From assembly GCA_945867285.1 (NCBI GenBank), contig CAMBHX010000001.1, positions 1-41,328 of the forward strand: a stretch of DNA of 41,328 bases, given 5' to 3'. Position 1 is the stretch's first letter. Every line of letters begins with the position of its first letter. The stretch comes from Sulfuricurvum sp. IAE1 (GTDB lineage Bacteria > Campylobacterota > Campylobacteria > Campylobacterales > Sulfurimonadaceae). Below the pieces are notes generated by a model. The model was not told the DNA's origin and searched no databases. It worked only from the letters and a program-made list of their open reading frames with translations. Positions 29,566-39,532 of the stretch are shown in pieces. The translations under genes and the position numbers were made by a program.

Positions 29566-29829
29566 ATGAAAAAGATAGTATTAAGTGTTTTGGCTCTTGC
29601 AGCATTGGCATGCGCTGATCAAATGACAAAGTTAAGTATCACGGGGATGACATGTTCTGGATGTGTTGGAAGTGTCAAGGGGGCAATTAATGGCGTTGAT
29701 GGAGTTAAAAGCACCACGGTATATCTCAAAGAGGGTAGTGCTGAAGTAACCGCCAAAGAGGGCGTAAAACCCGAAGCGATGTGTGATGCAGTCAAAAAAA
29801 CTGGATATGGATGTAAAGTAATAAAATAA
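29566..29829 (+). CDS. Exported heavy-metal-associated (CopZ/MerP-like) protein
   Basis: Signal peptide followed by the GMTCSGC HMA motif. Confidence 0.9.
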   Translation: MKKIVLSVLALAALACADQMTKLSITGMTCSGCVGSVKGAINGVDGVKSTTVYLKEGSAEVTAKEGVKPEAMCDAVKKTGYGCKVIK

Positions 29830-29857
29830 TACTAGGTTTTATTACCATTCTAGATTT

Positions 29858-30053
29858 CTCGAAAAGTTTACTTTTCGTAGCTTTAGGGGATTGCAAAGGT
29901 GAAAAGCATATTAAAAGCCAACTGCTTGGCTTTTATAGCTTTGAAACCAAAGGCTATATGCGTAAGCATAGCCAAAGGAGTCCTTGCCACTAAAACGGAT
30001 GCACCCAAAGGGCACGAGAACCTCGAAGAGGTATTCGTTTTAGTGCGTAACAT
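29858..30053. repeat. Multi-hairpin repeat family 1 copy B with nested hairpin insertions
   Basis: Same scaffold as 2431-2523, expanded by two inserts made of small stem-loops. Confidence 0.8.
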
Positions 30054-30059
30054 TATGTA

Positions 30060-31037
30060 TTAGATCATATACTTTTGGGCATCTTTGCGAGTGGTGCTCC
30101 CCAGATCACTAACAAACGGTGTGTTATCAAATAATAGCTCTTGCTCTCCTGTAAAGTCGGGTTTACAGTAGGCTAGGACAAACTTGGCGGCTAATGCTTT
30201 ATCCTCCTCGTTAGCATTAGTTGTTAGCAAACAATGAGGGCCAAAAAGCTCTGTTGTGATGTGCATGTATTTATGATTGACTATCTCTTCAAGCTTGCTG
30301 TTTTCCTCTTCGTTACGTCCGATGATAAGTTTGGCACCATTTGGCAGTCGTAGCTGACGGCCGTATTTGAGTGTTTGAATATCCGCTTTGATAAAGCTCT
30401 CGTCATGTTTTACTAAATCACGAATTTTGTTTGAAAAATGTTCATCGGTGAGTAGACATCCACCTCCTGGTTTCTCAAAATCGACCAGTCCAAACTGCTC
30501 AGCCAGCGCCATTTGACGCTCACGATTTCGTCCCACAATTTCTTCGAGTTGTTCACGGTCTACCCATCCGTTGATTTCAGGGATCGTGGGCTCGAGCGCT
30601 TTGGCGCTCATGGGGCGCAATAATAACCCATTGCAATCACTGATGTCGAGCACTTTTTGCAATGATTCACCATTTTGACTCATAGGACGCTGACCCAAGA
30701 CCTCGCCACTGATGAGAAAACTAGCTCCTTCCTCGATCATGAGGCGCTTAGCCACCTCAAACATCTTGCCGTGGCAGTCGATACAGGGGTTGAAATTTTT
30801 GCCGTATCCGTGCTTAGGTGTAAATAAAACATCGGCCAAATATTCGTCTTGGATGTCGACAATACGTAAGGTTGCTCCCACTTGGTCACACATATTTTGC
30901 ATGTGTTCTCGTCGATCTTTGATGGAGCCAAAACCGGTACTAATGTTACAAGCGACGACCTCAATTCCTTGGTTTATGATGAGTTTCATGGCGAGGGTGG
31001 AGTCAAGACCTCCACTGAACAACGCTATTGCTTTCAT
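30060..31037 (-). CDS. PP-loop tRNA sulfurtransferase-like protein (ThiI/MnmA-related)
   Basis: SGGLDS PP-loop, NPCIDC, GEVLGQRPMSQ, GGCLLT and IIGRN. Confidence 0.8.
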   Translation of the reverse strand: MKAIALFSGGLDSTLAMKLIINQGIEVVACNISTGFGSIKDRREHMQNMCDQVGATLRIVDIQDEYLADVLFTPKHGYGKNFNPCIDCHGKMFEVAKRLMIEEGASFLISGEVLGQRPMSQNGESLQKVLDISDCNGLLLRPMSAKALEPTIPEINGWVDREQLEEIVGRNRERQMALAEQFGLVDFEKPGGGCLLTDEHFSNKIRDLVKHDESFIKADIQTLKYGRQLRLPNGAKLIIGRNEEENSKLEEIVNHKYMHITTELFGPHCLLTTNANEEDKALAAKFVLAYCKPDFTGEQELLFDNTPFVSDLGSTTRKDAQKYMI

Positions 31038-31046
31038 GCTTTTCCT

Positions 31047-32687
31047 TTATGTTAATGGTACGAGTTCACCTCGTTTGAGACGAGTTATTTTGTCTCTCAT
31101 CTGTCGAATCCTGTACGATTTTTCATCGAATGATACCGTATTTTCACTGGCTATTTTTTTGAGTTCACGGTTATAGTGATGTGTTAAAAAAGTGATAAGC
31201 TCGGCACGTATGGCGTCGTCACCTTCAAAAATACGGATACGATCGTCCATTACAATGGCGCGCAGTCGTGGGTCATCCTCACCATTGATAGCACAAAATA
31301 ACTCACTTCCATGGTATTGCAAGAGTTGCGGCTCGATAAAATCTAGCAATGAGTCAATAATGCTGGGGCGTTCCAAAATAGTTTTAATGAAACTGAGTTC
31401 CCAAATATCGTGATGAGAAAAATTGATGGGCACATGGTGGGTGTTTGGAGCGTGGCTGATTTTGACCAAGGCGGGTGATATCCCAAGCTTTGAAGCACAA
31501 AACCCTCGATACTCCTCTTGCATAAGGGGAGAGAGTGTTTTGAGGTAGGCAATACTCTCGTGTAATGCTGCCTCTTTGGCTTTTGGGTCATTGAGATTAT
31601 AACTGTTGATCATCTCGGTGAGAACAAATTCGATAAATGCAATAGGGCGACGAAAAAGGGCGGTCAATTGTTCAATGTGACCATTTTTAACCATATCCGC
31701 AGGATCCATCCCCTCTCCAAACAACACCACACCACCATTAAATCCACCACCACTGAGTAGTTTGGATGCTTTAAGTGCCGCAGTTCGTCCGGCTTTGTCT
31801 CCATCGTATGCTACTAGTACTTTTGGTTCCCCTTTACGTAATGCTGGGAGATGCTCTGCTGTCAACGCAGTTCCCAATGTGGCTACGGCATGGGTAAATC
31901 CTGCTTGATGTAACATAACCACATCTAGATACCCCTCGGTGACAATAATCTCTTGATGTTTGTAGATCGATTCTCGTGCGAGATGGTAGGCGTATAAAAG
32001 CCTTGATTTATTGAAAATAGCACTTTGGGAAGAGTTGACGTATTTGGCACTGTGACCTGTGATAGTGCGCCCTCCGAATCCCACGATTGAACCATTATTG
32101 GCCTGGATAGGAAAGGTGATACGCTCGATAAAACGGGCAAAGAGTTTGCCTTGGTCCCCTCGACCTATTGCCCCAAGTTCAAGTGCTTCAGTCGATTTAA
32201 AATGATGCTGTTCTAAAAAGTTGAGTGTTTGCGAGGAGCTTGGGGCATAGCCAATACCAAATTTCTCGATACTAGAGGTAAATACTCCTCGCTCGTGAAG
32301 ATAGTTGGAAGCGGTGGCGTTATCACCCAATAATTTTTGATACCAACCGCTTAGTGTTTCAAGTAGATTGGAACGTACTTTTTGCTCTTTATTATCGGTA
32401 TAGTGGAGGGTAAAGTTGACAGAGTTGGCGAGTTTTTCGATAGCTTCGGGATAGGAGAGCTTTTCATAAGCCATCGTAAATCCAATAGCATCCCCATCTA
32501 CACCACACCCGAAGCAATGATATTTTTGACGTTGCGTATTGACCATAAAACTCGCTGATTTTTCATCATGAAACGGGCATGGAGCTTTGAAATTTGCCCC
32601 AGAGCGCTTGAGTTCTACATAAGAACCTACAACATCGACAATGTCAAGTCTGGCCTTTAGAGCCTCTATGGAGTCGGCAGTTATCAT
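31047..32687 (-). CDS. dnaG: DNA primase
   Basis: Zinc finger CPFHDEK..CFGC, GFGGR, KYVNS, and TOPRIM EGYLD / YDGDKAG. Confidence 0.97.
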   Translation of the reverse strand: MITADSIEALKARLDIVDVVGSYVELKRSGANFKAPCPFHDEKSASFMVNTQRQKYHCFGCGVDGDAIGFTMAYEKLSYPEAIEKLANSVNFTLHYTDNKEQKVRSNLLETLSGWYQKLLGDNATASNYLHERGVFTSSIEKFGIGYAPSSSQTLNFLEQHHFKSTEALELGAIGRGDQGKLFARFIERITFPIQANNGSIVGFGGRTITGHSAKYVNSSQSAIFNKSRLLYAYHLARESIYKHQEIIVTEGYLDVVMLHQAGFTHAVATLGTALTAEHLPALRKGEPKVLVAYDGDKAGRTAALKASKLLSGGGFNGGVVLFGEGMDPADMVKNGHIEQLTALFRRPIAFIEFVLTEMINSYNLNDPKAKEAALHESIAYLKTLSPLMQEEYRGFCASKLGISPALVKISHAPNTHHVPINFSHHDIWELSFIKTILERPSIIDSLLDFIEPQLLQYHGSELFCAINGEDDPRLRAIVMDDRIRIFEGDDAIRAELITFLTHHYNRELKKIASENTVSFDEKSYRIRQMRDKITRLKRGELVPLT

Positions 32688-32718
32688 GAAAGTATTTTAG
32701 CCAACTATAGCTTCGCTC

Positions 32719-34383
32719 TTAGTGTGTTTTAAATTGCCCTAGCTGTTGATACAAAGAGTTAGCGGCATTGGCAACAGAATGGGCGATTTCAGAAAGATCG
32801 TGTATCGAAGACTCGTTGAGGCGAGCGATACTTCTGAGTGATTCAACTTGATTGAGCATCGAATCGATATGTTGCGCAATTATTTTTGAGTTCGCAACAC
32901 TTTGTGTGGTTAGTTTGGACGTTTTTTCCATCGCTTCAACGCTTTCATTGATATTTCGATCAACGTTGGCGGAGATGGTGGTTACATTGCTCATCGCTTC
33001 GGTGTTATGCTGCATTTGATCGGTGGCTTCAGCGATACTTTGTACGATGATATTGATCGTTGAATTGATTTCGATAAGGCTTTTTTGAGTTCGCTCGGCG
33101 AGCTTACGTACTTCATCAGCAACGACAGCAAATCCTCGTCCATGCTCACCTGCTCGAGCTGCTTCAATCGCAGCATTGAGGGCAAGCAGGTTGGTTTGAT
33201 CGGCAATGTCGCCAATAACAAGTAATATATGTTTGACTTGAGATGCTTCAGAGTTGAGATTGGTCAGCTTTTGACTAAGGTCTTGCTCGAGTTCAGCACT
33301 GCGATTTATGGTGCGTAGTAATGTTTCGAGTTCCTTACGACCATATTGAAGCTGATTGAATGCGTTGGTCATATTTGCTTGTGTGTCGGTAAATGCGCTG
33401 ACTCCTTGTTCTACAATGATTTGAATCGATTTGGCGTTTGCAGTTGTCGTTGTAACAATCTCATTTTCGGTGTGAATTCTCTCTTTGATACTACTGGAGA
33501 TAGCGCTTAGTTGATTTGCAACAGTGAGATTCTCTGTTGCGATAGCTTTGGAATTTTTAGTCGAACCTTCGATTTCATTGATAAATACTTTCAGGCTTCT
33601 CGCCATAATCCCTGTTTCATCACGGGTATGGGCACAAAACATTTTGGTAAGGTCAAATAAGTCAGTGCTCAGTTGATGGGTTAGCTCTTTGACCGGCTTG
33701 GTTACTTGAGAGATAACGAATGAGATATTGATTGCAGAAATACTAATACTAACGAGTGCTATGAGGAGATTTTTCCAAATTAATTCAGAGAGGGAAATGT
33801 CAGTATTGACGTACAATAGGATAACATTTAATAAAACAAGTAAAGCCGTACCGCCTACAATAGTAGTAAACAATGAGAGAACCATTTTTTTGCCAAACGA
33901 GATAAAGGGATAACGCTCGTTGAGAGGAACATTGGTTACCCATTCTTCCAATCGTTGAACAAATAAAATAAAGACGGGAATCATAAATAGAAAAAGCAAT
34001 GGTAAAACAGCCAATTCAGCAAGGACAAACCGTTCTGTGTTGATGAATGGTTTATCCCACAGCACGACAGCAGGCCCCAGCAGATTGTAAGCAGCCTGAC
34101 CTGACAAAAAGTAATAGGGTATTTTGGCAATTAACGATGTTGCTTCTTCATTTTTTGAACTTTGTCCGAGCAAGGATTCAAGAGTAGAAAATTTGTTTGA
34201 AAATACTATTAACATTATAGTCGTTGCAATAGCCATATAGACAAGCATCGGAATTGAGATGACAATTTTTAATAATTCATCAAACGTAAACAAGGATGAA
34301 TACGACAGCAAAAATAGCCATCCAGCCGGAGGAATCATCATGCCTGCAAACACAAGCCACAATAAGGTTTTTTTAGGATCCAT
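32719..34383 (-). CDS. Methyl-accepting chemotaxis protein with multi-TM sensor region
   Basis: Signalling hairpin [44 protein letters not shown]-like RDETG, and several N-terminal TM helices. Confidence 0.95.
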   Translation of the reverse strand: MDPKKTLLWLVFAGMMIPPAGWLFLLSYSSLFTFDELLKIVISIPMLVYMAIATTIMLIVFSNKFSTLESLLGQSSKNEEATSLIAKIPYYFLSGQAAYNLLGPAVVLWDKPFINTERFVLAELAVLPLLFLFMIPVFILFVQRLEEWVTNVPLNERYPFISFGKKMVLSLFTTIVGGTALLVLLNVILLYVNTDISLSELIWKNLLIALVSISISAINISFVISQVTKPVKELTHQLSTDLFDLTKMFCAHTRDETGIMARSLKVFINEIEGSTKNSKAIATENLTVANQLSAISSSIKERIHTENEIVTTTTANAKSIQIIVEQGVSAFTDTQANMTNAFNQLQYGRKELETLLRTINRSAELEQDLSQKLTNLNSEASQVKHILLVIGDIADQTNLLALNAAIEAARAGEHGRGFAVVADEVRKLAERTQKSLIEINSTINIIVQSIAEATDQMQHNTEAMSNVTTISANVDRNINESVEAMEKTSKLTTQSVANSKIIAQHIDSMLNQVESLRSIARLNESSIHDLSEIAHSVANAANSLYQQLGQFKTH

Positions 34384-34512
34384 ACTCGCGTCCCATCAAT
34401 TTTAGATCTTTTTACAATAATATCCTATAAATAGCTAAAAAATGGCTTTTGTCTCTAAATTTACGCTATAATTGCAGTTCGAAAATTTTAAATAGAAAGT
34501 GGGTGATTGTAG

Positions 34513-34725
34513 ATGCCTGGAATTATCTTACGCCAAGATGATAACTTTGATGCTGCATACCGTCGTTTCAAGAAGCAAACAGATCGTAATCTGGTTGTTA
34601 CTGAAGCTCGTGCTCGCCGTAACCACGTTACAGAGACCGAAAAACGCAAACAGTTCAAAATCAGCGCTCGCAAGAAGATGTTAAAACGTCTCTATATGAT
34701 GCGACGTTACGAATCTCGCCTGTAA
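34513..34725 (+). CDS. rpsU: 30S ribosomal protein S21
   Basis: MPGI...[25 protein letters not shown]. Promoter GCTATAAT at 34465-34472. Confidence 0.96.
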   Translation: MPGIILRQDDNFDAAYRRFKKQTDRNLVVTEARARRNHVTETEKRKQFKISARKKMLKRLYMMRRYESRL

Positions 34726-34727
34726 TC

Positions 34728-34748
34728 CCAAAGCGCCCTGCGCTTTGG
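34728..34748 (+). terminator. Stem-loop after rpsU
   Basis: CCAAAGCGC-CCT-GCGCTTTGG, a perfect 9-bp stem just after the stop. The U-tract is weak. Confidence 0.55.
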
Positions 34749-34844
34749 CTTACGCCTCTTAAAAACTCCCTTTATTTTTTCTCACGTAACATTTCATAAT
34801 CAACCCTATGCTATACTCCTATACTTAAAAATTAGGAAATCATT

Positions 34845-36008
34845 ATGCTCTTTAGCGCCCCCTTGCAAAAAAGCTCCAAAAAAATTATGTTACTAGGTTC
34901 CGGTGAACTGGGCAAAGAAGTTGCTATTGAAGCGCAACGTTTAGGGATAGAAGTAGTCGCTGTTGACCGCTATAAACACGCTCCAGCCCATTTGGTTGCT
35001 AATCGCTCTTATGTGGTTGATATGCAAAACCGTGAGGAAGTACTCAAGATTATTCGCAAAGAAAAACCTGACTTTATCCTCCCTGAAATCGAAGCTATTA
35101 GTATTGATGCCCTGTTTGATGCTGAAAATGAGGGTTTTTGTGTCATTCCGAACGCTGAAGCGGTCAATAAGACTATGAACCGTAAAAACATCCGCCGTTT
35201 TGCTTCAGAAGAATTGGGGATCAAGACCAGCGGGTATCATTTTGTGAGTACCTATGAAGAGATGTGTACCGCTGCAGATGATTTGGGCTTCCCGTGTGTT
35301 ATCAAACCAGTCATGAGCAGTTCGGGTCATGGGCAAAGTATCGCGCGCAGCCCCTTTGACCTCGAAGCATCGTGGGAAATTGCCAAAGAAGCTCGTGGTG
35401 ATGCGAGTGAGCTCATCGTTGAGGAGTTTATCCGTTTTGATTATGAGATCACTCTTCTCACTGCCCGTAACGGCAGCGAAACGGTATTTTGTGAGCCTAT
35501 AGGACATATCCAAAAGGATGGTGATTATATTTTCAGTTGGCAGCCTATGGAAATGTCTAAAAAAGCCCTCAAGCGTTCTCGTGATATTGCCCAAAAAATC
35601 ACCGATGGATTAGGTGGTAGAGGATTGTTTGGGGTTGAATTGTTTATTTCAGGTGATGACGTGTACTTTAGTGAAGTGAGCCCTCGTCCGCATGACACAG
35701 GGCTAGTAACCCTCATCACCCAAAGTCAAAGCGAATTTGCTCTTCATGTACGTGCTGTTTTGGGACTTCCTCTTGGATTTACCTTTTATGGTGAGGGCGC
35801 GAGTGCAGCGTTCAAGTCGAGTGTTGAATCTCAAGCTCCTGTGCTGGATATAGAAGAGAAGGTTTTTGGGGATAACAGCTATGTGAGAGTGTTTGGGAAA
35901 CCTGAGGCGCATGTTGGCCGACGCATGGCAGTAGTTTTGGTGTTTGATAAAGTGAAAAAAGCACTCAAAAAAGCTGAAAAATTGGTGAGTAAAATCGCAG
36001 ACGCATGA
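34845..36008 (+). CDS. purT: Formate-dependent phosphoribosylglycinamide formyltransferase
   Basis: Motifs [33 protein letters not shown] and GRRMAV. Confidence 0.96.
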   Translation: MLFSAPLQKSSKKIMLLGSGELGKEVAIEAQRLGIEVVAVDRYKHAPAHLVANRSYVVDMQNREEVLKIIRKEKPDFILPEIEAISIDALFDAENEGFCVIPNAEAVNKTMNRKNIRRFASEELGIKTSGYHFVSTYEEMCTAADDLGFPCVIKPVMSSSGHGQSIARSPFDLEASWEIAKEARGDASELIVEEFIRFDYEITLLTARNGSETVFCEPIGHIQKDGDYIFSWQPMEMSKKALKRSRDIAQKITDGLGGRGLFGVELFISGDDVYFSEVSPRPHDTGLVTLITQSQSEFALHVRAVLGLPLGFTFYGEGASAAFKSSVESQAPVLDIEEKVFGDNSYVRVFGKPEAHVGRRMAVVLVFDKVKKALKKAEKLVSKIADA

Positions 36009-36934
36009 AAATAGTTATTTTAGATGCCCTTACGTATGGGGATACTTCGTTGGAGGGTTTTAACGCTCTAGGAGATGTTATTATTTATCAAACCACTACT
36101 CCCGAAGAGATAGCTGGGCGTGTCCAAGATGCTGAGGTGATTGTTACTAACAAAGTTGTTATTGATGACACCATAATGGAATCTGCGTCAAATCTCAAAC
36201 TTATCTGTGTTGCTGCAACGGGGATGAATAACATCGATCACAATGCAGCGGTACGTAGAGCAATTACTGTCAAAAACGTAGCAGGGTATTCGACCGATTC
36301 TGTGGTGCAGCATACGTTTTCGATGCTGTTTTATCTGTTAGGCCATTCTGTCTATTATGATGAGTATGTCAAAAGCGGATCATGGCAAAAAGAAGCAGTA
36401 TTCACTCATATCGGCCCCTCGTTTAGTGAACTGCGAGGTAAAAAATGGGGGATTATTGGTTTAGGTGAAATTGGTCGAAATGTGGCACGAATTGCTCACG
36501 CATTTGGGGCTAACGTTTGTTATTATTCTACCTCAGGAAAAAATGATAGTGACGAGTTTGATAAAACAACCCTCAGTCGTCTTATTGAAAACAGTGATAT
36601 TATCTCTATTCATGCCCCGCTGAATGCTTCAACGCAAAATCTGATTTCCCATTCAGAGCTGTTGCAGATGAAAGATGGTGCTGTACTTTTGAATTTAGGT
36701 CGTGGCGGTATTGTAGATGAGGATGCGTTGAGTGTAATTATCGATGTTAAACCAATCTATGTAGGTTTAGATGTGCTGGTCAATGAGCCTATGAAAACAC
36801 CGCATAAACTGCTGTCTATCAAAACCCCCCAGCGTCTTTATATCACGCCTCATATTGCGTGGACATCACGTGAGGCACGAGAACGACTGATTGCAGAAAC
36901 GATAAGCAATATTAAGGAATTCTGCCTCGTATGA
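36005..36934 (+). CDS. D-2-hydroxyacid dehydrogenase
   Basis: Motifs [27 protein letters not shown] and ITPHIAW. Confidence 0.92.
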   Translation: MKIVILDALTYGDTSLEGFNALGDVIIYQTTTPEEIAGRVQDAEVIVTNKVVIDDTIMESASNLKLICVAATGMNNIDHNAAVRRAITVKNVAGYSTDSVVQHTFSMLFYLLGHSVYYDEYVKSGSWQKEAVFTHIGPSFSELRGKKWGIIGLGEIGRNVARIAHAFGANVCYYSTSGKNDSDEFDKTTLSRLIENSDIISIHAPLNASTQNLISHSELLQMKDGAVLLNLGRGGIVDEDALSVIIDVKPIYVGLDVLVNEPMKTPHKLLSIKTPQRLYITPHIAWTSREARERLIAETISNIKEFCLV

Positions 36935-36993
36935 GGCAAGCATAAGTCCTCTAGTGGCTAACGTAGCCAAAGGGATTATATTCCTTTGGCGTT
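36923..36993. repeat. Palindromic repeat family 2 copy B (GTAG-led hairpin)
   Basis: Hairpins TGCCTC-GTAT-GAGGCA, GGCTA-ACG-TAGCC and GCCAAAGG-N9-CCTTTGGC, between convergent genes. Confidence 0.65.
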
Positions 36994-37905
36994 TTAAAAT
37001 AGATTCAAAATAGTCGGTAACATAAACACAATTCCCAAAAACATCACTGAAGTAATAAACACCTGAGCCGTGACGGTTTTAGGTGCACAGTTATACAGTG
37101 ATGCAAGATTGACATTAGCAACTGCTAGCGGTACCAACATCTCTAAAAACAATATTCCCTTGACCATTGGTTCCATCTCAATATTTTGTAACACCACAAA
37201 CGCAATCACTGGAATGAGAATAAACTTCGTCCCAGACACCCACACACTTAGACGGATATTGAGCGTTTTGAGTTCAATCCCATACAAATAAATTCCAAAC
37301 AGTACTAACTGCATCGTCATCGAGGCATATGCCCCCATCATCAACGTTTTATCCACGGCAGGACTGGGGACATAGCCTGTGAGATTAAGAGCGATTGCCA
37401 TCATCGCTGCCCATAAAATTGGAAGCTTCACAATGTTGAGCAATGACCCTCGAACACTAAATTCCCCTCTCGAATAAAAAAAGACCCCGATAGTGTAAAC
37501 CACAAAAATATTCATGAGATTAATGAGGGTGACATACGGGATACTTTGTTCTCCAAACAGTGCAATGGACAGTGGAACTCCCAGATTTCCTGTATTGCCG
37601 ATGAGGGCTGCGACAGTAGCAATAGAGCGCTCTTTGGGTTCACTAAATACCATGCGAGCCAATGGGATCATCAATAGCAACGCTATAAGTGAAATAGCAA
37701 TGTATAGCGCAGGAGCAAGCAGTAATTGTGTATCGATAGGGCGCTTGAGCAATCCCCAAAAGGTGAGAAATACCTGTAAAAAATAAACACTCAGTATGGT
37801 AATGGTACGATCGTCAATTTGCTCTTTAAACGACCACTTGGCACCAAAACCTACGGCAATAAAGAGGTAAATACCAAGCAGGGAGAGGAGTGTTTCGAAG
37901 GTCAT
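36994..37905 (-). CDS. AEC (auxin efflux carrier/malate permease) family transporter
   Basis: About 10 TMs. Motifs GNTGNLGVP, KLPILWA, KFILIP and PLAVAN. Confidence 0.88.
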   Translation of the reverse strand: MTFETLLSLLGIYLFIAVGFGAKWSFKEQIDDRTITILSVYFLQVFLTFWGLLKRPIDTQLLLAPALYIAISLIALLLMIPLARMVFSEPKERSIATVAALIGNTGNLGVPLSIALFGEQSIPYVTLINLMNIFVVYTIGVFFYSRGEFSVRGSLLNIVKLPILWAAMMAIALNLTGYVPSPAVDKTLMMGAYASMTMQLVLFGIYLYGIELKTLNIRLSVWVSGTKFILIPVIAFVVLQNIEMEPMVKGILFLEMLVPLAVANVNLASLYNCAPKTVTAQVFITSVMFLGIVFMLPTILNLF

Positions 37906-37988
37906 GAATATCCACAAATATTTTTTATCATTTTAGCAGAAAATTAATTTTGTGCTATAATCATTAAAACTTGCAAAAGGGGAATGAG

Positions 37989-38198
37989 ATGCAAACAATT
38001 CAATTGGAAGTTGAAGATTCAAAAGTTGATGTTATTTTAACGATTATCAAAAACTTGAAAGACAATGTTGTCAAAAAATATGAAATTATTGGACAAGCTG
38101 ACGAAATAAAGCAATTTAATTCTTTGTCGCACTCAAAATTAAATACTATTTGGGATAACCTAGAGGATAGTGATTATGACCGCTTTCTCAAAGTATGA
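37989..38198 (+). CDS. Putative antitoxin of a type II TA pair
   Basis: Small acidic-tailed protein (IWDNLEDSDYD) overlapping the downstream PemK-like gene. Extended -10 TGCTATAAT at 37953-37961. Confidence 0.7.
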   Translation: MQTIQLEVEDSKVDVILTIIKNLKDNVVKKYEIIGQADEIKQFNSLSHSKLNTIWDNLEDSDYDRFLKV

Positions 38199-38511
38199 TA
38201 TCGTCGTTGTAAAATTTCCATTTGCAAGCAGTTTGAAATACAAAGCTCGACCTGCTGTCGTCCTCTCTTCCTCAACATACAATAGTGAATCACGCAACTC
38301 TTTAATTATTTTAGCTATTTCGAGTCAAATAAGTACAAAACTAGAGATGGAATTTGAAATTGTAGATTGGAAATTTTCAGGGCTCTTAAAGCCTTCTGTT
38401 TTTAAATCATCCGTTGCTACTATTGACCGAGATGTTGTTTTGACAAAACTGGGTGAATTGTCCCACCAAGATAGTCAAAAACTTGAAAAAATGCTAACAC
38501 TAATGTGTTAA
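38176..38511 (+). CDS. PemK/MazF-family toxin
   Basis: Motifs DIVVVKFPF....KARPAVVLS, ILAISS, GLLKPS and KLGELS. Confidence 0.88.
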   Translation: MTAFSKYDIVVVKFPFASSLKYKARPAVVLSSSTYNSESRNSLIILAISSQISTKLEMEFEIVDWKFSGLLKPSVFKSSVATIDRDVVLTKLGELSHQDSQKLEKMLTLMC

Positions 38512-38532
38512 TTCTTCAATGGCGTGAAATGA

Positions 38533-38781
38533 CTATTCGATATCAATTAAAAAATCAGCGATTTTGACATCTAAAATTTTAGCGATTTTATAGAGATGTT
38601 CGAGATTGAAGTGTTTTTTGTTGTGGCAAATTTCGGCAACGGAAATCAATCCAACAGATTTGAGTCCGATAGAGAGAGCTAGATCAAGTTGGCTCATCCC
38701 TTTTTCTTTGCGAATACGCATGACATTGATTCCGATTTTGCGATACATGGCATCGACTTCCGACTTTGTCAATTCTTGCAT
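38533..38781 (-). CDS. XRE-family HTH transcriptional regulator
   Basis: IG.NV.RIRKEKGMSQLDLA...E...FNLEHLYKIAKILDV. Confidence 0.9.
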   Translation of the reverse strand: MQELTKSEVDAMYRKIGINVMRIRKEKGMSQLDLALSIGLKSVGLISVAEICHNKKHFNLEHLYKIAKILDVKIADFLIDIE

Positions 38782-38834
38782 AAACTACCTATAGTTAAAC
38801 TAATCATATGTCTAGTAAGAATACAATATTTTAG

Positions 38835-38854
38835 AAACTAACTATAGTTAGTTT
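38835..38854. promoter_or_regulatory. Perfect 20-bp palindrome AAACTAACTATAGTTAGTTT, with a near copy at 38782-38797
   Basis: Between the divergent XRE and OMP genes. The near copy AAACTACCTATAGTTA matches 15 of the first 16 nt. Confidence 0.7.
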
Positions 38855-38878
38855 TAAATAACATTAGATGGGAAAAGT

Positions 38879-39412
38879 ATGAAAAGAATTGTTTTGGCAA
38901 GTTTGTTTACTAGTGGATTAATGGCGGCAGGGAATGATAATTATTTTGGATTGAGTACTGGAAATGCAGAGTTGAGTGGTAATGTAGCCTCTACAGATTT
39001 TGATACCGATGGAACACAGTATACGGCGACATTGGGGCATTATTATGGTGATACAGGGCGTGTTTCAGCAGCTTATACTTATGTAGACCGAGAAGCAGGA
39101 GTGGATAAGGCAGATGCAATCTCAGTAGCATATGATTTTATTCTTCCTCTGGCAGACAACAAGTTTTCCTTGTATGCAGGACCAGTGCTTGGATATACAT
39201 GGTATGAAGAATCAGAGAATGGATTAAGCCTTGATTTAAGTGGGTTTCATTATGGAGCACAAGCTGGTGCTATTGTAAGATTAGTCGATAAGATTGAAAT
39301 TGAAGCTGGATACCGATTTCTTCTTCAAACAGGAAGCGATACTGTTTTAGGTGTTGACGTTGATGCTGATGATGTCAAAATATGGTACGTTGGTGCTAAT
39401 CTCCGTTTTTGA
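38879..39412 (+). CDS. Small outer-membrane beta-barrel protein
   Basis: Signal peptide, alternating beta-strand pattern, IEAGYRF, and C-terminal YVGANLRF (terminal Phe). Confidence 0.88.
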   Translation: MKRIVLASLFTSGLMAAGNDNYFGLSTGNAELSGNVASTDFDTDGTQYTATLGHYYGDTGRVSAAYTYVDREAGVDKADAISVAYDFILPLADNKFSLYAGPVLGYTWYEESENGLSLDLSGFHYGAQAGAIVRLVDKIEIEAGYRFLLQTGSDTVLGVDVDADDVKIWYVGANLRF

Positions 39413-39422
39413 TTTTTCTTTT

Positions 39423-39450
39423 GTCATTCCCGCTCTTGTCGGGAATCCAG
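39423..39450. repeat. dRS3-like REP palindrome GTCATTCCC-N9-GGGAATCCAG
   Basis: ATTCCC 39426-39431 / GGGAAT 39441-39446 with the GTC lead and CCAG tail typical of this repeat class. Confidence 0.6.
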
Positions 39451-39532
39451 CTTAATTTTTTTCTTCCTACTCTCCCCTTGAGCAACTCCTAAAATCCATT
39501 ACGCTACAATCACACGAAAGAGAGGTGCGTAT

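Noticed and set aside
29858-30053. CRISPR array or intact IS
   Set aside because: No regular repeat-spacer periodicity, and no cas or transposase gene recognised anywhere in the window.
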